DNA of 64,000 nucleotides from Thermodesulfobacteriota bacterium (GTDB lineage: Bacteria > Desulfobacterota > Desulfarculia > JACQYL01), in contig CAXXLZ010000002.1 in the NCBI GenBank assembly GCA_963675595.2, positions 1,056,001 through 1,120,000 of the forward strand, written 5' to 3'. Below, in pieces: positions 50,519-57,925 of the stretch (the first letter of the stretch is position 1; each line of letters opens with the position of its first letter). A program made the translations under genes and the position numbers. The notes under the pieces were generated by a model. The model had not been told where the DNA came from. It was given only the letters and a program-made list of their open reading frames with translations, and searched no databases.

Positions 50519-51652
50519 CTATCCCGCCAGCCTGGCGGCCATGCGGGCGTCCAGGGTTTTGACTCCGTAAAGGATGTCCAGGCCCACCTTCACCGAACTG
50601 GTGTCTCCGTCGTACCAGACTCGAGATCGGATGGAGATCCCGTCCCGGGTCACCGTGGCGATCTTGGCTCCCAGTTCGTTGCCCATTTCCGAAAGAGGCG
50701 CCGTGGCCAGGGCAAAGGCGTTACGGTGGAAGGCGAGGTTCACCGTGTGCGTTCCCTTGAAAGTAATGACGTCTCCGTCCAGGGCCTGAGCCGCGAGGCC
50801 GGGCGTGAAGGCCAAGACGATTTCATTGGCTGCGGCTTCGGCCGTGGAGGTGATGACGTATGTCTGACTGTTGCTCGCAACACTGAACACGTCCCCCACG
50901 GCCACGGTACCGGCCAGGGTGCCGGAGCCTCCGTTGTCCGCAGTAAGGGTGGTTTCACCCGCGTCCGTGTCCGCTTTGACGCTGATGACTCCGCCGCCTT
51001 CTCCGGCCAGGGTTCCCTTGGAGTGAGTGGGGGTGTTCTGGTTGACGAAAAGATCGAACCCGAACTTGATGCCGAGGTTGCCCGTGCGAAGTGCCTGGCC
51101 CTGGTCTCCCACCGTCGCGGCGTTGTAAAACAGTTGTCCCAGCTTGTCTTCCGCCGCGGAATCCAGCATGAGGAAGGTGCGGCCATCGAACGGCACGTTG
51201 TTGTCCCGAAGCACCTTTTTGACTCCCGTGAGGTCTTCCACCGCGTCGGGGGTGTCACCGGCTGTGCCGTGCCACGAGTACACGTCCTTGTAGAGCGCCG
51301 CCAAGTCCTGATCCACCTGGTCCGCCAGAGCGTACGCAGCAGGAGCGATGTGATCCGTGATGATCTTTTCCTTGGTGAAGGTCAGCTCTTTGTCGGACAG
51401 GGCAAACTTCACCTCGTACCACTTATCCAGGGTGATCTGGACTCCCTCGGCCGTGAGAGACATGTCGCTTCCAGGCGCGGACTGAGCCGAAAAAGTGGAC
51501 GGTCTCGAAATGTTGATGGTGCTGCCCTTTTGCTGAGGCGCGGCGTCGTACCCTCGATGCACCCGGGTGGATAAACCCAGGTTCTTTTCGAGCTGGATCA
51601 ACGCCTCCTGCGCGTAGAAAATCGGATTGTAATAAAGCAGCGTGTTGGACAT
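50519..51652 (-). CDS. Major capsid protein (P22 coat-like family)
   Basis: KGSTINISRP, ITLDKW, IAPAAYALADQVD.DL, NLAFHRNAFALA..PL, DILYGVKTLD; AGGAGG RBS. Confidence 0.93.
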   Translation of the reverse strand: MSNTLLYYNPIFYAQEALIQLEKNLGLSTRVHRGYDAAPQQKGSTINISRPSTFSAQSAPGSDMSLTAEGVQITLDKWYEVKFALSDKELTFTKEKIITDHIAPAAYALADQVDQDLAALYKDVYSWHGTAGDTPDAVEDLTGVKKVLRDNNVPFDGRTFLMLDSAAEDKLGQLFYNAATVGDQGQALRTGNLGIKFGFDLFVNQNTPTHSKGTLAGEGGGVISVKADTDAGETTLTADNGGSGTLAGTVAVGDVFSVASNSQTYVITSTAEAAANEIVLAFTPGLAAQALDGDVITFKGTHTVNLAFHRNAFALATAPLSEMGNELGAKIATVTRDGISIRSRVWYDGDTSSVKVGLDILYGVKTLDARMAARLAG

Positions 51653-51671
51653 ATCCGGCCTCCTATTCTTG

Positions 51672-51880
51672 GTGGGGGAAAGCCTTCGAAGAGGTTTTCC
51701 CCCATGCCCCTTTCCCAGACTTTTCAAACCGGGCTCACCCGCCTTCGCCGGGAGAGCCGGGTCTGCTTCCGTGGTTCGTCGTTTCCCATACGCGCCTGCG
51801 GCAAAGCCGCCGGCGCTTGCTCAAAGGTTTTTGGGGAGAGGTCCGGGGAGGGGCGTTTTGCTAGAAAGCCCCTCCCCGAC
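51672..51880. repeat. Family C inverted pair
   Basis: GGGGGAAAGCCTTCGAAGAGGTTTTCCCCC..CCCAGACTTTT ... AAAGGTTTTTGGGGAGAGGTCCGGGGAGGGGC..GCCCCTCCCCG. Confidence 0.85.
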
Positions 51881-51906
51881 ATCCCTCTTTCACCTTCCCT
51901 CGCTTC

Positions 51907-51969
51907 GTACGCCGCAGCGACGAAGGCTGAAGCGCAACGCCGCAGATGGCGTTTCTTGGCGGCCTGTCA
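51907..51969 (-). repeat. MITE family A, half copy at the scaffold stop codon
   Basis: GTACGCCGCAGCGACGAAGGCTGAAGCGCAACGCCGCAGATGGCGTTTCTTGGCGGCCTGTCA. Confidence 0.8.
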
Positions 51970-52692
51970 GGTGATTCTGACCCTGCCTTCCGCAAACGCT
52001 TCCCGATGTTGCCGGTAGATGTTGGGGTCCTTCATCTGTTCCTGAGTCAGGGCGACCATGCCTCCCGACGCGCCTCCGGCCGGGCTGCCTCCTCCGGACC
52101 CGCCCGAGGGCTTGAACAGGTGAGGCGATTTCTCACGAAGTTCCCCGACCAGTTCCTCGGCGGTCAGGGGATCGCCTTTGGTGGAAAGTCGTTTGCGACC
52201 TTCTCCATCGTGCACCATCACTCTGAGTTGGCCGTTGTGTTCTTCCACGGTAAGGTATTTGTTCAGACGAAGCCTTACGTCTTCGGGATCGAAGGCTCCG
52301 ACTCGGGCCGCGGCTTGAGACAGCTCGTTGCCCACCAGCAACCGGTGAATATTGCTCTGAAGCCGTTCGATCTCTTGGTTCTTCCCATTGATCGTCAGCG
52401 CGTGATCCTCGTCCTTACGTTGGAGCAATTCCTGGTACCGCTTCTCGTCCAGGAGTTCTTTCTCCCGGTCTGCCTTGGCTCCGGCATCGAGTTCCCGAAA
52501 CCGGTCCGGGTCCACGCCTTCGAAGCGTTTCTCCAATTCTCCGAGTTTGTTTTGGAGTTGCTCCGCCCATTTCTTGGTTTCGTCCAACTTGGCGGAGGGC
52601 ACGAAAGCGGCTTCTTTGCCGTCTCCAAGCTCGAACACCGGGTTGCCGTCCCTGAGTACCAAGTTGCCGTCATTGTCCAATTTGGGTTTCAT
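51967..52692 (-). CDS. Capsid scaffolding protein
   Basis: KLD.DGN.VL.DGNPV, coiled coil, PHLFKPSGGSGGGS; directly upstream of the capsid gene. Confidence 0.85.
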   Translation of the reverse strand: MKPKLDNDGNLVLRDGNPVFELGDGKEAAFVPSAKLDETKKWAEQLQNKLGELEKRFEGVDPDRFRELDAGAKADREKELLDEKRYQELLQRKDEDHALTINGKNQEIERLQSNIHRLLVGNELSQAAARVGAFDPEDVRLRLNKYLTVEEHNGQLRVMVHDGEGRKRLSTKGDPLTAEELVGELREKSPHLFKPSGGSGGGSPAGGASGGMVALTQEQMKDPNIYRQHREAFAEGRVRIT

Positions 52693-52747
52693 GCGTCCTC
52701 TCTTTGCCTTTATGAATGTCCAAACCTGGCTTGCTTATCGATTTGCT

Positions 52748-52935
52748 TGAGGGAACCCTTTGGAAAGGGTTCCCTCACCCTCCCAAACTTTTTAAGTCTT
52801 TCAGGACAGGCAGCTCGGCTTGCTTATGTTGAGATCGTGCCTCCGCTCCTCTCCGCCAAAGGCGGAGTGGGGCCTGCTCAAGGATTTTTGGAGGGTGGTC
52901 CGGAGGGAACCTTTTTGCAAAAAGGTTCCCTCCGG
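52748..52935. repeat. Family C inverted pair
   Basis: TGAGGGAACCCTTTGGAAAGGGTTCCCTCA.CCTCCCAAACTTTT ... AAGGATTTTTGGAGGGTGGTCCGGAGGGAACCTTTTTGCAAAAAGGTTCCCTCCGG. Confidence 0.88.
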
Positions 52936-52950
52936 CTTCACTTCGCCCAT

Positions 52951-53928
52951 TCATGCCGCATCCGGGATGTCTTGGATGCGGAGGATGTTCCCGTGGTAAG
53001 ACACGTCTTCCAGAGGTAAGCCCGCTTTCCACCTTTTCCACCGGATGGGTCCGAGAATCTCTTTTTGAATGGATTCGCCCTGTCGGCGGAGCCATTCCAC
53101 ATAGTCCGATGAAGAGCCCGATTGAAAGTTGCCCATGCGGTCTTCAATGTAGGGCACGTAGACGCATCGGCAGTTGGGATGTTGAGGCACAAGCGGCCGG
53201 TTCGGGTCGTTTCGACCAAAGACCTTGCCCGAAGACGCGGCGCACTTTCCGCACGTAGCGGCGTCAAGCACGGCCACGTATAGGAGACGTTCCACCTTGG
53301 CACCGGCGAACACGTTTTCATTCACCGTGCCCGTGGTACTCATCACCGTGGTCCGAGCCAGAGTGCGGCTCAGTCGTCCGGCTATTTCGGCGACTTTCTT
53401 ACGGATTCTTTGAGCAGCCGAAGCCGGTCCGTCACCCGCCGACGCCGCTTCTACGATCGTTTTCTTGATTCGTCGGCCTATGCCTGTAAAGGCCCGTTTG
53501 ATCCAGGTCTTCAGGGACACCCAACCCACTTCGCTTTCCATGACCGACAGGAGCAACACAGCTTCCACGCCGGAGCTTTCGAACTCGATGCCGTCGACGC
53601 TCCCCCAGATGGATTCCATGGACTTGGTCTGAGCCTCGACAATCTCTTGAATCCTTCCTTCCAAATCGTTCATGAGTGAGGACTCGGCTTCCTCGATCCA
53701 GAGGTCGATATCCGCTTGGACCATTCTGAAGCGTTGCACCCACAGACCATCTTGCGCGTCGGCGATCCCTTTCCAGGGGCCTCGTGAGGCACGCAGCAGC
53801 CGAGATTCCACCTGTTCGACCACCCGTTCAAAAGCTCGCCTGAACAAACGCGCGTCCTTTCGGACTATGGAATCCATTCGCAACGCATTGGTGATCTGTC
53901 GGTCGACGGCCTGTTCCATGTCGGACAT
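52951..53928 (-). CDS. Minor head morphogenesis protein (Mu gpF / SPP1 gp7)
   Basis: RTLART, AVLD..TC..C, P.HPNCRC, WLRRQ....Q.EILG. Confidence 0.9.
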   Translation of the reverse strand: MSDMEQAVDRQITNALRMDSIVRKDARLFRRAFERVVEQVESRLLRASRGPWKGIADAQDGLWVQRFRMVQADIDLWIEEAESSLMNDLEGRIQEIVEAQTKSMESIWGSVDGIEFESSGVEAVLLLSVMESEVGWVSLKTWIKRAFTGIGRRIKKTIVEAASAGDGPASAAQRIRKKVAEIAGRLSRTLARTTVMSTTGTVNENVFAGAKVERLLYVAVLDAATCGKCAASSGKVFGRNDPNRPLVPQHPNCRCVYVPYIEDRMGNFQSGSSSDYVEWLRRQGESIQKEILGPIRWKRWKAGLPLEDVSYHGNILRIQDIPDAA

Positions 53929-53960
53929 GATGCATGGCCCCTTTCCGGGTGGATTCTTTC

Positions 53961-54128
53961 GGGCAGGCACTATGGCCTACCCCTAAACGGGAAGACACCG
54001 CTGAGTTCCTGATTCCTTCACTCACCCCGCCATTGCTTGCCTCCAACGCCTCCCCGCTTGCGGGGTGGCGCCTGCCCAAAATGTTTTGAAGGAGGTCTGG
54101 AGGAAACTTTTTCAAAAGTTTCCTCCAG
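53961..54128. repeat. REP variant plus family C hairpin
   Basis: GGGCAGGCACTATGGCCTACCCCTA and AAAATGTTTTGAAGGAGGTCTGGAGGAAACTTTTTCAAAAGTTTCCTCCAG. Confidence 0.8.
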
Positions 54129-54160
54129 TTCTTCCCTCCGCTTTTCCTTCCTCCCCCACC

Positions 54161-55531
54161 TCAAACCAGCATGGCGTCGGTTTCGACGCGCAGGCGTTCC
54201 CGTTCCAGCTCCGGATCGAAGTCTTCGTCCAACACGTGTTTCTTGCGGAGGAAATCCCAAAGGGTTTCCCGGGACAAGTCTCCGTTCATGCGCATTTGGT
54301 TCAGACCGGAGATGAGGCCGTCCGCGATCTGCACGGGATCCATGTCTTGGTTGTACTCGACTCGGATGTCGTCGGGGCTTAGCCCCATCCACCGGGCCGC
54401 CCACCGCCAACACTGCTCTTCCGCCCGTCCGGACCGTCTTGATCGCTCCTGCAGCACGCTGACCAGATTGTGCCTGTCTATCGCTTTGGATTCGGCACTC
54501 TCCACGAGCCTGGATGTGCGCCGCACTTGGCGCATACTGATCTCAAAGATGGCGGAAATGAGGTCCGTTTCGCTCCGCCTCATGGACTCGATAGCCGTGC
54601 CGGAATGCTCGAGGATTTCCACTTCCGAATCCCGTCCGGGAGTCACAATACCGTTGCCCGCACCGATGACCACTTCCTGATCTTCCGGCCAGTTCTTGAA
54701 CACCCAGGTAGGCATGCCCGCCCAGAACTCGGAATTGTCCCGGTCCGATGCTTTGCGAAAGTGAAGCAGACAAAGGCTCAAAATACCGTGAAGCGCACTC
54801 CGGCCTTGAAAAGCGCCCACACAATCGGAATAGAAAACCGCAAGAGGTATCTCTCCCAAGCTGTTACGTCCCTCGGCCAGTTTCTTCGGACCCTTCTCCA
54901 CTGCATCGTGTTTCCACAGCTCCCAGCCATCGGGCCGCCATAGCCGGTATCTTTTTTCTTTGGCGTGCCCTACGAAGGGCTCGGCCCGTACTTCCACGTC
55001 CTCCTCGATCACCACCCAGGCAAGGCGCTCCCTTCCGTCCGGCCCGGGCACAAAAGCCCAGTCCAACACGCGCCTCGGGTCCAGATCGATGAAATAGGGG
55101 CGCACGCCGAACGCGTTCTCATCCGCACGGCTTCGCACTTCCGACGTATCCGGATAATCCACGAGCACGAACCGGATGCCTTCCACCTGAGCGTTTTGAG
55201 TCACGTTCTTGAAGAACGCGTCCGCCGGGGTTCCCCTGCGGTCCACATCTCCAGCGAGCCCCTTAAGCCCAACCGGCAGTTCTCTTACAGGTCCCCTCCG
55301 CCAAATCTGTCCCGTGAAACTCTCAATCATGGGCAGGCAAAAATTGCTGTACGCCGCACGACTCAACCGCACCCGATAGTTCCCGGCCGTCTCCCGCTCG
55401 TGCTTGGGCAAGTAGTCCGACCGACCCTCGATGCGGCTCCCGCCTTCGTAACAATCCCGAGCCCGGTTCCATTCCGCGAGCTGACTTAGATACAAAGGAT
55501 GCTTTCGGTCTAGTTGGAGATATTGAGTCAT
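54161..55531 (-). CDS. Portal protein (DUF4055-like)
   Basis: HP.Y, YLPK...E....Y..RL.RA...NF, DVDRRGT, VLVDYP, RPY, LGEIPL; follows terL. Confidence 0.92.
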   Translation of the reverse strand: MTQYLQLDRKHPLYLSQLAEWNRARDCYEGGSRIEGRSDYLPKHERETAGNYRVRLSRAAYSNFCLPMIESFTGQIWRRGPVRELPVGLKGLAGDVDRRGTPADAFFKNVTQNAQVEGIRFVLVDYPDTSEVRSRADENAFGVRPYFIDLDPRRVLDWAFVPGPDGRERLAWVVIEEDVEVRAEPFVGHAKEKRYRLWRPDGWELWKHDAVEKGPKKLAEGRNSLGEIPLAVFYSDCVGAFQGRSALHGILSLCLLHFRKASDRDNSEFWAGMPTWVFKNWPEDQEVVIGAGNGIVTPGRDSEVEILEHSGTAIESMRRSETDLISAIFEISMRQVRRTSRLVESAESKAIDRHNLVSVLQERSRRSGRAEEQCWRWAARWMGLSPDDIRVEYNQDMDPVQIADGLISGLNQMRMNGDLSRETLWDFLRKKHVLDEDFDPELERERLRVETDAMLV

Positions 55532-55633
55532 TTTTTGTGTCCGGGGAACCCTTGGGCGTGGGCCGCGCGCTTCGCGCGGGGCCTGGTCACCGTGGAAATA
55601 ACGATCGAGGTTATCCTTGTGGTGCTTCTTCCT

Positions 55634-55832
55634 TAGAGGGCAGGCACTATGGCCTGCCCCTACATGGGATTTGCATGTTCGTGTAGGGGGCAGCCCACAG
55701 TGGTCGCTCTGGAAACAGGGTTCTCTCGATTTCCATGCCCGCCCCCTTTGCGCCTCCCGAAGGGTGGCGCCCACTCCAAGGTTTTTGGAGGGAGGTTCGG
55801 AGGGGACCTTTTTTCAAAAAGGTCCCCTCCGA
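55634..55832. repeat. Inverted REP doublet plus family C hairpin
   Basis: GGGCAGGCACTATGGCCTGCCCCTAC / GTAGGGGGCAGCC..; AAGGTTTTTGGAGGGAGGTTCGGAGGGGACCTTTTTTCAAAAAGGTCCCCTCCGA. Confidence 0.85.
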
Positions 55833-55879
55833 TTCTCTCTCCCCCTTCCTTCCTTTTCTTCTCTCCCCTTCCCTTCCCA

Positions 55880-57163
55880 TCACACGGTCACCATTCTGGC
55901 TTTGCCGGCGTCTCGCACCGGGTGCTCGGCTTCGATGGCGTAGCCCAGAGCGTCGGTGAGGTGCGTAAGGTGCGGATCGGACTTCTTGTCGATGTCTCCG
56001 GAGGTGCCTTCGAGCACACGTACACCTTCGAAGTCTCGAATGGTTTGGGTGCATTTGGGGTCTACGACTAAATGGACTTCACCGGACGCGGTTTTCAGGC
56101 GACTGTTCACCGCGTTGACTCTTGCCCGTTCGGACGGGTTGGCTTTGGGAACCCGGTCGCTCAGGCGTCCCGAAAAGATCGGACGCAAAGCGGACTTCAC
56201 CAAGTCCCAATCGGTACCGGCGACTTGGGCCGTGCCTCGAGCTCCTCCCGAAGCATCTCCATACAGTCTTACGCGACCGGCATGATGCCGGTAGCGCTGG
56301 AGAAATTCATTGCAGACGGTCGGCGTGTTGGAATGTTTGGGAATATGGATTTCGTCGATGACGCCGGTGACCCCGTCACGTTCCTGCAAAATCCCCGCGA
56401 CACCGGGAGATACATTGAAATCCAGGCAGAACCAAAGGTCCTCCTTGGCTTCGTAGGCAAAGGAGCGCACGTGTTCGTCTCGGGAGAACGGGTAGTAGAT
56501 TCGTCCTTGGAACGCTACGAAAGCCGCTTCGTATTCCTGCCGAAAGGTTGCCGGGTCCAGTTCCCGCCGGGCCGCCTCGATTTCCGCGGGAGGCAGAATG
56601 TCCGATGAGAACCAGGTGTAGCCCCGCCAATCCCGATTCGTGGGATCGCAGGCAAATGTGTACAAGTCATAGTAATGATTGCGTCCTTCCGGGACTCCGA
56701 TCATCCAGGCCCAGCCGGTTCGGTCGGACAAAGCGGGCCGCACGTGAGCCGGCCACGTTTCAGCTTTCATGTTGGCGTATTCGTCCAGCACAACGCCGTC
56801 CCAGGGAGAACCCTCGATGCGTTCCGGCTTGTCCAAACCCAGAACCCACAGCTCCGCCCCCCAGCGAGTACGGATGAACAGATCGCTTTCACTGATCTTG
56901 GATTTCCATTCGGTCGGTACCAGGGCTTTCAGGTCGTTCCAGTAGATACGCTTGGGCTGATCCCGAGTGGGCGCACAGGCCGCGTACCTCGTGTCCGGCC
57001 AAGGCTTCACCTCCACCAGGGAAGTGACGAGAAATCGTTTGGCCAACTCGGTCTTGCCCGACCTCCGCCCGGCGGGCACCACTCTGAAACGTACGTCGTC
57101 GGCCCAGAGAGCGTACTGAATCGAATGGGGGCGAAGCACCGTCCAACGACTAGTCGGAGGCAC
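55880..57163 (-). CDS. terL: Terminase large subunit
   Basis: Walker A GRRSGKT, Walker B VVLDEYA, FRQEYEA.F, nuclease LDFNV and H..DALGY. Confidence 0.96.
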   Translation of the reverse strand: MPPTSRWTVLRPHSIQYALWADDVRFRVVPAGRRSGKTELAKRFLVTSLVEVKPWPDTRYAACAPTRDQPKRIYWNDLKALVPTEWKSKISESDLFIRTRWGAELWVLGLDKPERIEGSPWDGVVLDEYANMKAETWPAHVRPALSDRTGWAWMIGVPEGRNHYYDLYTFACDPTNRDWRGYTWFSSDILPPAEIEAARRELDPATFRQEYEAAFVAFQGRIYYPFSRDEHVRSFAYEAKEDLWFCLDFNVSPGVAGILQERDGVTGVIDEIHIPKHSNTPTVCNEFLQRYRHHAGRVRLYGDASGGARGTAQVAGTDWDLVKSALRPIFSGRLSDRVPKANPSERARVNAVNSRLKTASGEVHLVVDPKCTQTIRDFEGVRVLEGTSGDIDKKSDPHLTHLTDALGYAIEAEHPVRDAGKARMVTV

Positions 57164-57659
57164 AATCTTTGCCTTTCACCGTGGCACGGTTCATTTCCTG
57201 AAGGCTCTCCAGTACCCGGTCGGCGAAGTCTTTCGACCCGTCATCCTTCGATTCGCGAGAGTTTCCTACTCGCTCGAGGAGTTCCCGTAGTCGATTGATT
57301 TCATCCTGTGTCTTGTGAATGAGGCGGAACAACGCAATTTCAGCGCTTGGTGCAAAGCTGTGAGTGGTGGTGACTTCCAGGCTCCCATTGGAGTATTCGG
57401 TCCGCTTGACCTCTTCCCATCCCTCTTGGAAGCGCTCCAACCGTTCGTTGAGCCTGGCGAGTTCCGCATCCTTCTGAGCCACCGCGTGAACCAGGTCGTC
57501 TTCTCTGGAGAATCCGAGATCGTTTTCGATGACCCAACGCAAAGCTCGTTGCACCGTGCTTTGGGACACACCGAGTTCCTGCGCGATGTGAACAACGTTC
57601 AGACCGCGTCGTTTCAGTTCGAATATCTTGAAGTAGCGGTCCTGGGTTTCCTTTGTCAC
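57150..57659 (-). CDS. Terminase small subunit candidate with N-terminal HTH
   Basis: GLNVVHIAQELGVSQSTVQRAL HTH; overlaps the terL start. Confidence 0.75.
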   Translation of the reverse strand: MTKETQDRYFKIFELKRRGLNVVHIAQELGVSQSTVQRALRWVIENDLGFSREDDLVHAVAQKDAELARLNERLERFQEGWEEVKRTEYSNGSLEVTTTHSFAPSAEIALFRLIHKTQDEINRLRELLERVGNSRESKDDGSKDFADRVLESLQEMNRATVKGKDCASD

Positions 57660-57925
57660 GATGTGGAATCTCCGTCATGGCTGAGTTGTTCTCTTAACCA
57701 AGGGTTGTACAATCTCCGTCCGGTTTGCCCCAAAATAAGACGACTCATTTCCGTTGCCCGAAAGAGGCGGAAACTTGATAACCGACCCGCTCATGGAGTA
57801 TTCCGCAGGCTGAGCGTAACTGAATCGAAGATGCTCGCTGAAACGACTCGACTTCGCTCGACCCCAAATAGCTTCTTTGAGACAAGCGCCTTGGGAATTC
57901 GTCTGCTCCACAAGACTCGAAAAAC

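Larger units (their letters stand above)
32546..57659 (-). mobile_element. Prophage-derived virion and lysis cluster without early genes (GTA-like / defective siphophage)
   Basis: 26 co-oriented genes in canonical terS-to-lysis order; no integrase, repressor or replication gene recognised inside or beside it. Confidence 0.9.

Noticed and set aside
37921-55832. Palindromic repeats as a CRISPR array
   Set aside because: Copies are dispersed between genes, vary in sequence and orientation, lack regular spacers, and there are no cas genes.
32546-57659. Tailocin or contractile injection system
   Set aside because: Full head and packaging genes are present; no sheath or baseplate wedge genes.
32212-57677. 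ATCTCCGTCA direct repeat (32212-32221 and 57668-57677) as attL/attR; also GGTTGTA(G/C)AAT near both ends
   Set aside because: Only 10 bp, overlaps the terS RBS, and no integrase or tRNA is nearby; compatible with chance.
57700-57780. c-di-GMP-I riboswitch in the terS leader (GGCAAACC on the minus strand, GAAA hairpin on the plus strand)
   Set aside because: The elements are on opposite strands and the GGACGCAAAGC segment is missing.
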